Assembly (NCBI RefSeq): GCF_964355755.1
Contig: NC_092677.1
Span: forward strand, 952,101-1,016,100
DNA: 64,000 nucleotides
Direction: 5' to 3'
Source of the DNA: Antedon mediterranea
Taxonomy: Eukaryota > Animalia > Echinodermata
Below the pieces are notes generated by a model. That model made no database searches. It was not told the origin of the DNA and was given only the letters and a program-made list of their open reading frames with translations. The stretch's first letter is position 1; every line of letters begins with the position of its first letter. The translations under genes and the position numbers were made by a program. This document shows positions 52,501-64,000 of the stretch, in pieces.

Positions 52501-53807
52501 TGTTTAGGAGTTTGGTTGATAGGATGGGTTTGGAATCCACTGAGTTTTGTTATTTATGGGCCAATCGTTTAGTAATAGGCTAGCTAGGCCCATGAATGAT
52601 GGCCATCGTGGCATGGAATCCCTAGTCAGAAATGGCTCTCACCCCGGCATGAATAAAATGATTTAGTCTAGGCCTAGCCTAGTACGTGAAGCCGATATAC
52701 GATCTGTTACTATTAATTCGAGGTATAAAAATAGTATAATTTATGACTCCGTAATCTGTACTAAATTTTGTATTTCATTAAATGTCAAATAAATATATGC
52801 TACTGTTATTATTACACTTTAGGCCTAGCTTCTTAGCAAATCTACAAAAAATGTATTTCACAATGATCGGGTGGTCGTCGTTTGACAGAGGAGAGAGAAC
52901 ACAACGTACAAGCTTGACGTCGCGAGTTTGGAATCCACTGATGACGTGATTTTGTGAATATCTCATGAATATTAATGAGCTTCCCTAAGCTGCTGAAAAA
53001 CAGACTTTCCATGAATTTACCCTAAAATGTATATGAAATTTAATTTTTTTAATTTCTCGTTATTACTTCTTCATTCTGACATGTCTATATTGTTATAATA
53101 TTTTTTATTTAATAAATAAACGATATTTAAAAGCAATTTTAAACCCAGAATCCCCCTTTAAACCCTGCGAATGTGAAGAAACAATCGGAGAAACAGGCAA
53201 CAACAGTACAGGTTTAGTCATTGGAATGTTCTTCGTTGGAATATTCCTTGGTGCCCTTGGATTGTCTATTGGATTGTTTATGTATACAAAGACAACGCAG
53301 GTTTGACATCGATAGTTTTTAATTGTAAAATTGAATCTACTGCATAATGGTTTAAAGATTAAAGTCATTTGAGCAAAATCAAACTTTAACATAATATTAT
53401 ATAAAGTTGTAACTTTTCTAAAAGGAAATAAAGTACAGTAATAACACTCTTGACATTTGTATCTAGAAGCAAACAACTAACAAGGAAAAAACGGAAAAGA
53501 AACAAGATGTAAGCATTCGCATTTCATTTATTTTTAAACAATTTTGTCAATTACTTAGAAATTTGAAAATAAAGGCGCCATTCTTTGTTATTCTATCTTT
53601 TATATTTAATGTAATATTTGGTGTACTTTAAAATTCTAACTAACTTTGTTGAATTGACTTATGTTGTCACAGACTTATATGGAATACAAGGTTGATAGAC
53701 CTACTGATGGGGAAAACCAGACCTATAAAGATTTTCAACATAAAGTAGAGGAATCAGCTTATGTTAATGTTAAGACTGGGAATAGGAATAAGGGTTTGAA
53801 AGCGTAA
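49598..53807 (+). pseudogene. Ig receptor gene 2, pseudogenised paralogue of gene 1
   Basis: Exons: possible leader 49598-49648 (MAICRLTMIFFIIQYVI, phase mismatch), V 49947-50280 (frameshift), Ig 50375-50622 (frameshift), Ig-like 50935-51101 (stops), TM 51557-51569 plus 53162-53300 (split by transposon), 53467-53508, 53673-53807. Confidence 0.85.
51570..53157. mobile_element. Non-autonomous Kolobok-like transposon inside the TM exon of gene 2
   Basis: TTAA TSD (51566-51569, 53158-53161); TIR AGGGGGGTTCCGGGTTTAAAAT / ATTTTAAACCCAGAATCCCCCT; removal restores DPLKPCECEE. Confidence 0.85.
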
Positions 53808-53829
53808 ACTAAGAAGAGAATATATGGAC

Positions 53830-54490
53830 AAAGATGGAACATTACGGATGATGTGATGCCACGAGGAAGTCTAGGGTGTGGGGAGTATATCTTAAATAAA
53901 GAATAGAAGCACATTATGTAATTGAGTATTTTGAATGGATAAGGTGAGATGATCCATGCAGGATATAAGTATAGCCCCGTTTATGTAGATATTTAGGCCT
54001 AGTAAACATTGTGTTGTTAAAATGGTAAAATGGTGGGTTATAAGTGGGTAAAACCCAAAGACGAGTAGCCTACTACGGGTGCGTAAGAACATAAATTAAC
54101 ACGATTGAAGCTTGGTAAAAGCAATGGGAATTAAAGATATAAAAAAAAGTATTCAATTCATTCCTAAATGTATAACCAGGAGATGGTTTAATACTATGAA
54201 TATTGAATGGCGTATGCAAAGATTCATGCTCGTTAAGCTTGACTTGATGTATTTCAAACTCAGGTTTAGGGATTAAAATAAGATATCGATAAGCCAGTAT
54301 TGTTTAATATTATAGACTTGAATGCGGAAACAAAAATAAACGAAAAGGAAAGCAGATAGATAACATCGAGAATATAGTTTCTCCATGAGTGTATTTTATG
54401 AATCATAAGTACATTTAATGAACCATGGAGGTGAATAAAAGTTAAAATAACAATGGTTGGCTTTATCGTTAGTTACTTCCCTTAAGGGAC
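53830..54490 (-). mobile_element. Possible highly degraded LINE RT fragment
   Basis: Weak remnants such as YPAW on the - strand; no continuous frame. Confidence 0.3.
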
Positions 54491-56289
54491 AATCTAAATA
54501 TTGTGCTTAGGCCTAATGTGAAAAAAAATATTAGACCTAATCCATGTGACGGAAAATAAATGAATACAATTTATTCATTTAATCTCTGTCACAAGCGTAT
54601 CAGCATTTTATTTACTAAATCTGTATGATAATTCGAGTATAATATAAACAAATAAATGTAATTTGTCATTACATTATACCCAGTCTATAGTATTATAGGT
54701 CTAGTTACGGTAGCGAGTCAGAGTCATATCAAAGAAGAATTTCCATAACATAGACTATTGCCTATGGGATAATCGAAACAACAGGGTAGAACAACCATTC
54801 GTGTCTGAGTATGCTGCTAACGCCAAGAAGGCAAATGTATTCATTCATTTTTGTAAAAAATTGGAAAATGAGGGGGAGGAGATTAACAGTGATGTGTCCT
54901 TAGTAAAGGAGATAAGAGGAAGGTTTATCATTCTATGATACACGAAGGTATTATTGTACGTTTCATTACTGACGACAGCATCAATAATGCAAATACACTG
55001 CATTATCGACATTATAGCTTGAACATATTATCTTATATTACCAATTAAGTGTCTGAACAATTATATCAATACAATCCTACCTCAAACTACCACTAAGTAC
55101 TGCATGGAAACGCACTTCTCTTGAACATCATTTCTAGCCATAGCCATTCTACAATACATAACGACGAAACAAGATAATAATTATCAATAAGTAATATAAT
55201 TGCACTCAAGCGAACACTGAAACTATACTTTAAACTGTAATTTCAACAAATATTGTAAAAAAAACTACTTTAAACGCCTACCTGTGCTTCAGAACCCATC
55301 ACATCCTTTGCTAACAAAACGTATAGTAAGCAAACGACGAGACAAACAAAAACACAAGCGTCTGTTATCACCTGTATGCAAATGACGTGACATACCGTAA
55401 TACAAGAGAAGCAGTTTTAAGCTTTAACCATCTATTGGAAACGTCACAATCTGTTTCACAGTAAAATACACAACAAACATGTATACGAACGAACTGATAC
55501 GAATAAAAGAAGCAATATACCAATTATTAATAAATGAAACTAAAGAGTTGATAATTATTTATCATTTATTTATACATATTTTTTTAATTATCTGGTTTGC
55601 CAACATAATTTCTCATAATCAAACTGCATTAACTTTCCTATAGATATTGGTAAAGAGGGTACTATACAACAAGATATAAAGTGTTATACCATACATCGGA
55701 TAATAGAAGAGAATGATATTATAAATCGAGAACCTTTGAGACTTTTAATGCGTTTTGATACACAGGGAAGGAAATTGGCTGAAATGGTTCAACGGCAGGG
55801 CAACGAAAAACTGTAAAATTGTTTTAAAAGGAAGAAAAAAAAAAACCCTGAGTTGACAGTTTGAAACGCGTTGTTAAAAAAGGGGAAAGAATAAATACAA
55901 ACTTTATATCCTGAATTTAAAAATCACTAAAAATACAGTACTTCTATTTAGTAATTTGCTGTTGTATTATTTGTGTTTAACAACAATTTGAGCTTCACAC
56001 ATCATAGACAAAGGTGCACCAGGGTTTCCTGATTGTAGATACAAAATACAATCAGTTGCTTGTTGGTTTTATGATTATATATAGTTTGATATTGTTATGT
56101 TTACAGTACAGTGAATATATTACACAATACACTACAAATAATTTTATACTTCCTTGTAGGGATGAACTAAATATTTCGGATAAATTTATCGAACAAGAAA
56201 ATATTCATTTTATTTCCCCCTTGGAATAAACATTTACCTATACATTTAATGTAGATGTACATGGTATAAGGAAGTTCGATTTGTTATAA

Positions 56290-56313
56290 CATGGACATAT
56301 AGATAGGTCCATG
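56290..56313. mobile_element. 24-bp P-like remnant
   Basis: CATGGAC...GTCCATG flanked by GTTATAA / GTTATAG. Confidence 0.5.
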
Positions 56314-56788
56314 GTTATAGCATGATTAACTCAGCATATAGATGCAGGCCTAATAATAAGTTTTGTTCTAAAATGTACACAATCATTATTATACAAACAC
56401 ATATACGAATAATACTGCAAAACAACGCAATGATATACAATCCGTTTATTATAAAAATAACTGTATTTTAACCCAATAACCGCGTACACAATATCGCATA
56501 TTTACGTGAATTTTGAATTAGTAAAAAATACTCTAATAAACTATGTGTGTAGACGAGGTAATGTTTACTGCAGTATATCTCACTGTTGTATGAATAATGT
56601 GTTACTGTAACTTTGAATGTGTTTTTAACTTTCAATATTTATTTAATTATGTACACAGTAACACGATGTTCTTGATAATGGTATTTAGTCAGTCATTCTA
56701 CACAGTTGACACTGAATGTAATTTGTATACCCTTTTTAAAGAATCTACTGATGAGTGAAAACTATATCTTATATTTACTCTGTTAGAC

Positions 56789-56851
56789 CATGGATTAATG
56801 AATATTCATTAATCATGAACTGATGCATATCCTTCTATTCATTAATCTATG
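56789..56851. mobile_element. 63-bp P-like miniature element
   Basis: CATGGATTAATGAATA...TATTCATTAATCTATG; 7-bp TSD GTTAGAC. Confidence 0.65.
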
Positions 56852-57599
56852 GTTAGACCATGAAAATAGCCGCGTTTCAGTATTACTATTCTATTAATAA
56901 ACTAACTGTTATTACATGATGGTAAAATATATTCAATGATAGTTATGCAAAATAAGTAATATTTATTAAAATATTAACATTTACTTGGCTGAAAGCAGTT
57001 TGCATTAGAAAACTTTATATTATCAATACTTATTCAAATATAATAGTTTATTTCAATACCCATCAAAACCATAAGTTAAAAAACAAATTTTGAACAAAAT
57101 GTAAAGCAGATGTAAATGAGCAGTGTTACTGTATTATATTTGATGCTTTGAATTACAGTAGGCCTACTGCTAAACACACATATTATTACAATAAGAGTCC
57201 ACAAACTTTATATAATATGTTAGCTGTCAGGGGTATTGCACAGTTACACATTAATTGATGTTATGTCCAAACACTACCAATGTGGCTGTAGTATTATTTT
57301 ATGTCAACTTGGACTAAAAAATACACACAAACTGCTGTCATAATAAATAATTATCATTAAAACTAAATATGTTCAACTACCACATATATTTCATATTTAA
57401 AAGTACAATGTTGAAATTAAAATAAATTTGCTAAACTTTCAATTAATACAACTACTGCATACTGTAGCTACAGTACATTCAGACTGTGGAATGTACTTGA
57501 TAATTGCATATAAAACTTTTACCGATATAAAAGAGCGGAAAACATAGGAGAGACGAAAGCTGTAACAGACCATGATTGCCAAAGAGTGTTTCGCCAACT

Positions 57600-58345
57600 C
57601 TAACTGACAATCATACACATTTTTCACAACAAATATAAAATATATTATAAAAATATATATTCTGCATAATAATATTGTATAAACTACCAGATATATAAAT
57701 ATATTGTTTTTAAACGCAAGATATAAAAATACATTTTGAGCAATATAAAACACAAGATATAAAATACATTTTGAGCAATATAAAACACCAGATATAAAAT
57801 ACATTTTGAGCAATATAAAACACCAGATAAAACAAATATATACTATGAACAATTTTTAAATTGCATAGTTGAAGTTGTATAAGATTATAAAAATATGTAT
57901 TACTTGAATTAAACTATTGAAGTTATTAGCTGAAGTTAACTATAACTGACAATCATACAAATTTTTCACAGCAAATATAAAATATATTGTTTTTAAACGC
58001 AAGATATAAAAATACATTTTGAGCAATATAAAACACCAGATACAAAAATATATACTATGAACAATATAACAATATTTAAATTGCATAGTTGAAGTTGTAT
58101 AAGATTATAAAAATATGTATTAGGCCTACTTGAATCACACTATTAAAACATTACCTTTAAAAAAAACATACCACACTATCTTTTCATGGTTATGATCACA
58201 CATTGTGGTTTTTTAATAAACTGTAAACTTCTAAATAATATAAAAATATTTAAATTGCATAGTTGAAGTTGTATAAGATTATAAAAATATGTATTAGCCC
58301 TACTTGAATCAAACTATTGAAGTTATTAGCTGAAGTTATTAAAGT
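57600..58345. repeat. Compound AT-rich tandem repeat
   Basis: ~35-bp unit gatataaaatacattttgagcaatataaaacacca; three copies of tttaaattgcatagttgaagttgtataagattataaaaatatgtatta. Confidence 0.85.
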
Positions 58346-58369
58346 TATTATATGATTAATCATTTGAAT

Positions 58370-60154
58370 CTTCTTCTTTTGTATGATTACAATTTGAAGT
58401 TTAAACCAGGGGAAGATAACCAAAATGCTGATGCATTGAGTAGAGTACCTGTAGTTGAAATACCTAAAGACCCTCCTATACCAGGAGACATAATTATGTT
58501 GCTAGAAAAAATTAACAATTCACCAATCAAGAGTAAAGATGTTGTATTATGGACTCGTAGAGATCCTACATTAAGTAAAGTATATAAGTATGTGCAAATG
58601 GGATGGAAAGATAATGTGGGAAATGACTCTGATTTGTTACCATATTATAGGAGAAAGAATGAACTAAGTACAGAGAATGGTATAGTTCTTTGGGGTGCAC
58701 GTATTGTTATGCCAAGTGCAGGAAGGGAAACAATGTTGAAAAAATTACATGAAGGACATCCAGGGATTGCGAGAATGAAAGCAGTTGCACGCACATATGT
58801 TTGGTGGCCGAATATGGATAGTCAAATTGAGGAGACTGTAAAAGCTTGTACGCAATGCCAGTGTCATAAGAACTTGCCCGCAGCTGCACCGCTAAATTCG
58901 TGGCCATAGCCAGAAAAAGCATGGTCCAGGATTCACATTGACTATGCCGGTCCATTCATGAACAAAATGATTTTAGTGGTAGTGGATGCACATTCTAGTG
59001 CAGTAGCGATGGACACGAGCACTTCTCAAGCAACGATAGCAAAGTTAAGAAACATATTTGCGACTTTTGGAATCCCTGAACTGTTAGTTTCAGATAATGG
59101 ATCGAATTTTACAAGTGAGGAATTTGCAGAATTTCTCAAGCGTAACGGTATAAAACATGTTCGAACCGCACCTTATCACCCTGCGTCAAATGGACAAGCG
59201 GAACGTGCTGTAGAGACTGTAAAAGAAGGACTTAGAAAAATGGAGACTGGAAACATAGAGACAAAACTTGCTAGATTTTTATTTAACTACCGAAATACAC
59301 CCCATACAACTACAGGAGAAACACCAGCCAAGCTTATGTTCGGAAGACCCATTAAAACTCATCTACATTTGTTAATGCCAAATATTGGAGTCCAAGTGAG
59401 AAAGGGGCAGGCAGAGCAAAAACAGCGACATGATTCAAAAGCGAAAGAGCGAGTATTTAGTGTGTCAGAGAACATTTTTGTACGAGACATCGTGAAAGGT
59501 GTATGGCTACCGGGTGTAATAACAGAACAATCGGGTCCGGTTTCATATCATTTAAAGTTAAACGATGGCAGAGTTTTTAAAAGGCACGTAGACCACATTC
59601 GCAAACGAACAGATGAACCAAAGGAAAACGAGCGAGACGACGTTTTATCATATCCTTTTAGTTTGAGCAATACTAACCATGAGACAGCGAACAACGCACC
59701 TCCGATCGTAAGGCGCTCACATCGAGCAAGACATCCTCCAGACAGATACCAATAGATACATTCAGTGAGATCAGTTGTGTTTAAACATTGTTAAAGTAGT
59801 TGTTAGATAGTAGTTGATGTTTACTTGTTATTTTTTTTGGTTTAAAGGAAAAGGAAAGAGGCAATTGTTAAAGAGAAAGTAGTTAAGAGTTGTTTAAAGA
59901 TAGGTTAAGGATACACTACATTGTTATGTTTTCTTATCTAAGAAGGAAGGGATGTCATATACTGTACATTACTTGAACTGTAATTGTAACCGATTGTAAT
60001 GGTCTAACGCCCTCTATATACATAGTGTTGTGGAGAATGAATAAAGCCCCGGATGCGGGGAAGATGGAGAACGACTAAACCTCGACTCACGTGTGTTTAC
60101 TTGTTGTGCTTTTATTGTTCGGATATTTACCTTAAATGGTGTTAGTACACAACA
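58370..60154 (+). mobile_element. 3' part of a second Mag-like Gypsy element (RNase H end, integrase, PPT, 3' LTR 59953-60154)
   Basis: NADALSR, LHEGHPG..C..C, in-frame stop at 58907-58909 before RIHIDYAGP, SDNGSNF, SNGQAER; aagaaggaaggga then TGT...ACA. Confidence 0.9.
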
Positions 60155-61068
60155 GTTTTGTTTTTTTTTTATATAAAGAAAATTTAATTATCTATCAAAT
60201 AAGACTATTTTCAAATTATTATGGCTAAAACTTAATTAGATACAGGCAAAAAAGTGTATTTTTACTTCAGAGCCATATATATATGGCTCTGTTTTACTTG
60301 TGTGAACAGCGCCCTCAATCGTCATTTTTCCCAAAAAATACCACATTTTTATGTGGTTTCATAAACTTAGCTGGTTGTAACTTTTTAAAAGATTTGTTGT
60401 CAGTGACGTGTAACTTACATACACCTTCTACCATATACTAAGTAAGTTTCTGAGATAAAATGAAAACAATATTTGTATAGCTTGATAGTTTTCCTGAGGT
60501 TATTACATGGTGCATGCTAAAAAAGATTTTGAGTTTGTGCTAAAAATCCATCTTTTTGGTCCAGTACAAACAATCTTGTACAGTCATTCTTACACAAACA
60601 GCTTATTTTATTGGAAAGATAATCATAATATCTATCCAATAAAATATGAATTTTGTGTATTAATATCTGCTAGATTGCTTTTATTAAACCAAAAAGATGG
60701 ACTTTTAGCTCAAAATTAAAATATTTTTTTTGGTGTGTATCATGTAATAACCTTAACAAAAATATCAAGCTATCGGAATATTTTTCTCAATTTTTTTCAG
60801 AAACTGACCTAGTACGTTATAAAAGTGGTATGTAAATTACAGGTTACTGTAAAAAGTCTTTAAAACAAAGTAATAACCTGTTAAGTTCAGGAAACCAAAT
60901 AAAAATGTGGTATTTTTTGGGAAAAAATGAAGATTGAGGGCGCTGTTCACACAAGTAAAAATACACTTTTTTGCGTGTATCTAATTAAGTTTTAGCCATA
61001 ATAATTTGAAAATAGTCTTATTTGATAGATAATTAAATTTTCTTTATATATAAAAAAAAAAAACAACT
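60155..61068. mobile_element. Foldback element with ~380-bp arms
   Basis: atataaagaaaatttaattatctatc...aacagcgccctcaatc is the reverse complement of 60930-61050; left end abuts the LTR. Confidence 0.75.
60268..60291. mobile_element. 24-bp perfect palindrome with 8-bp TSD (P-like remnant)
   Basis: CAGAGCCATATATATATGGCTCTG flanked by TTTTACTT; the opposite foldback arm (~60948-60968) has the empty site. Confidence 0.75.
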
Positions 61069-61209
61069 TTATATTAAATACATACCATTCTGATAAATTC
61101 ATGTGAAGTGCTTAAAATCAGCAAATATAACACATTTTAATATTATAACAAATGCTAGTGATGTTAATAAATTACAAAGTTAGTGATCATAAATAGGGAC
61201 CTCAGAGGT

Positions 61210-62235
61210 GGGTGTCACGAAACCTAAGACCACGAAAGCTAAGACCCCCTAAGACCGAAGATCACGAAAGCTAAGACCCAATACCTAAGATTACAAATTC
61301 TAAGATATACTACAGCTTAAAAACAATACTTGTTTATCCATACATAATTTTAAACACAGTAGGTTTCATTTATTACCATAAATATAATTAAATACTACCG
61401 CAAAACATAGATAAACTCACATTATTTTCGCCCGTTGAGTAAATGTATATTTTTTTCTTTACAACAAACAAACTTGACGGGTTGTTTGTTGGTATATATT
61501 TACTCCATTGTGTTGGTTCAGAGGATGTTTTTCTTACGCACCTGCCTTTCTTGTATTTTGACTCCAAATTTGTTGACTAACTTTATCCTGAATACCACAC
61601 TTTAAAATTAGGATTTATAAGTACTTTCAGACGGAGAAACACATAAAAACAAATAAATAAATCCTTTAAATTGATGATTTTACAGACATGTTTCTTTGTA
61701 TACTGTAACTGTAATGGAGCGCCAAAAGAGCAACAATAATAGTACAAGTATAAAAACAGAAAGAAAACGAAACAAATCATGATTTTTAAATTAAAATTGA
61801 TTTGCCAGTATTTATTTCTTCATGATTTCATGATTATACTATTATCATTACAATTTTAATTTTACATTGTTCCATCCACACTGTAGATGGACTCCACAGA
61901 GTTTTCAGCCCTCTATATAATTTTTGCTCTTTTGACGTTCCATAGAAACAAAAACATTGAACATGGTAGGCCTACTGCCACTGTACTGTAGGCTAGTCAT
62001 GCGAAATTCGCAAACAGTTTGTGTGCGAGAAAAACGTCTGTAAAATCATGAATTTAAAAATGTATTTGTTACTTTTTATGTGATTCTTTTTCATAAAAGT
62101 GCCAATTCTAAGGTGTGGTATTCAGAATAAATGTTGGGAGTTAAAATACAAGGCAGGTGCGAAAGATAAATATTTGTAATCTTAGGTCTGGGGGGGGGGG
62201 TCTTAGCTTTCGTGGTCTTAGGTTTCGTGACACCC
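61210..62235. mobile_element. MuDR/Mutator-like non-autonomous element
   Basis: TIR GGGTGTCACGAAACCTAAGACCACGAAAGCTAAGACC; 10-bp TSD CCTCAGAGGT (61200-61209, 62236-62245). Confidence 0.75.
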
Positions 62236-62841
62236 CCTCAGAGGTCCCTTAAAAGTTCCCTTAACTTGGTTGTGCTGACGATTCTGTATGTGTGCGAGTA
62301 CTATGCCTACTTGTAGATGGCCCCAGTGTAGGCTAGGTAGAGACTGTTGGTCTGCCCACTGTTTTGTGGAAGATGGCTTCCCATTTCGTTGTATTAATAG
62401 AAATTAGCCCCATTCTAGTAGGCTAGGTAGAGGTGCTAGGGCCGCTGTTGGTCTGCCCAGTAACCAGCCTAGAGGATGCATATGCCTCAATACAGACAGG
62501 TTTAGGCCTACACAGAATGTTGGTTTGTTAGTAGGCTAAACCTATTTTTCTTAATCCTCATACAAATTAGTCTGGGTTTAATATTCATTTACTTGTTTTT
62601 GTTTTGACTGCCATTTTCTTTTTATTGATCATCATCGTCCATACACTTTTTTCTTCATCCTCCCCGTCCCCCCAACCCCTTACTCTTTTTTTAAAATATG
62701 CAAATTAGTTTTAGAGAGGAAAGTGATTGGACCATAGGGGAATTAAATCCTCTGTTATTGGACAATGGGACAACTCATGAATATTTATGATTATTTTTAC
62801 CCTTAAGTTTTACCCTTACATTAAGTGTTTTCCTTAGGTAA

Positions 62842-63738
62842 GTGAATGTCAGCAAAACTAATTACGTTGTTTTTAGAACTAGCCAAAAGAACTTTGACAA
62901 AAACCAGTTTAAAATAAAAATGAATAATGTGTTATTACATAGAAAAGAAAATGTGACATTTCTAGGTGTAATGTTAAACGAAAATCTTAACTGGAAACAT
63001 CACATACAGCTTATTAGGAAAAAAATGTCTAGGGCAATTGGTATACTTTTAAAAGTAAGAGAATTCTTTCCTCATAAAGTCCGTATTAGTCTTTATAACA
63101 CCTTAGTATTACCTCACCTTCAGTATGGTAACTTAATATGGGGAAATACATACAAGAGCACGTTAGAAGTAATACTAAAACTCCAAAAGAGAGCTGTAAA
63201 ATGCATTACCTTCTCTAAATCCAGACAAGCCTCAGAGCCACTGTTTAAGAAACTAAAAATATTAAACGTTTATGATATTTACAAAGTAAACGTCATAGGA
63301 TTTATGGCAAACGTAAAATTCAATGAATTACCACATCACATTTTAAATATTTTTAATTACTGTGACAGTATTAGGCCTACTCATAACCTCAGAACAGAAA
63401 CTGAATTCGAAATTCCCTTCACAAGACTAACTTGCAGTCAACAGTTTATACACATATATGGACCAAAATTGTGGAAAGAATTCACTTGTAATGGTGGTAA
63501 TAAACCGGTTATCTTAAAGAAACAAAATAAATGTATAAAAAAACAGGTTAAAAAATACTTTTTATCACTATATGCTGATTAACAACACCTTTGTTTATTT
63601 AAGTTCTATATACTTGTTCTTATGTAAAAGGGTCCTACAAAAAAACGAAGCTATAGCTTTTTTATGCAGGATCCCTGTTCTCAGTTGTACTGTAATTATG
63701 ATGTACTGTAATTGATGACTAAATAAATGTGGAATAAA
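62842..63738 (+). mobile_element. 5'-truncated CR1/L2-group (Crack/Daphne-like) LINE, RT C-terminus and 3' UTR
   Basis: NVSKTNYVVF, FLGVMLNENLNWKHHI, LYNTLVLPHLQYGNLIWG, LQKRAVK, GPKLW; aataaa at the end. Confidence 0.85.
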
Positions 63739-63867
63739 ATCCCTTAACTCAATTGTGAATACCCCTTAAGTGTTTCTCTTTGTTAAGGGAATTCTTAAAT
63801 TTTAAGGGTAAGTATTTCCCTTAGCCTAAGTGAGATTGGTGAATACGGCCATCTGGACTATAATAGA

Positions 63868-63936
63868 GATATCTTAGTTTTAAACTAAGATATCTTCGAT
63901 ATCTTAGTTTTAAACTAAGATATCTTCGATATCTTT
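63868..63936. repeat. 30-bp tandem repeat of a palindromic unit
   Basis: gatatcttagttttaaactaagatatcttc twice plus a partial copy. Confidence 0.8.
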
Positions 63937-64000
63937 TTTTCCGAATAAATGACAGCTTGGCGCGCCATACGCGACTCATAATACTATCTCTTTGATGTGA

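Noticed and set aside
56748-56770. CTGATGAGTGAAA as another hammerhead
   Set aside because: No stem II or plausible helix III

Overview
AT-rich eukaryotic DNA, most likely a marine invertebrate (echinoderm-like repeat content; taxon is inference). Most short ORFs in the track are spurious. The first ~30 kb is a stack of nested transposons, many with readable termini and target-site duplications (TSDs): IS3EU-like, hAT5-like and Academ elements, an L2-like LINE, a full-length Mag/Gypsy LTR element interrupted by a 6-kb Academ transposase copy and a Harbinger MITE, a Penelope-like inverted repeat with two hammerhead cores, tRNA-bearing repeats and a Deu/Nin-type SINE. The host content is a tandem pair of spliced immunoglobulin-superfamily receptor genes on the + strand. 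Gene 1 (32537-39180) splices in frame: V-type Ig, two further Ig domains, a Cys-less Ig-like domain, a glycine-rich TM helix and a tail with ITAM-like/ITIM/YxN tyrosine motifs. Gene 2 (~49598-53807) is a pseudogenised paralogue with a very divergent ectodomain and a near-conserved tail. A diverged partial V exon sits in an intron of gene 1. The rest is Helitrons, LINE and Gypsy fragments, MITEs and several tiny P-element-like footprints. All calls come from reading the sequence by eye; no searches were run.
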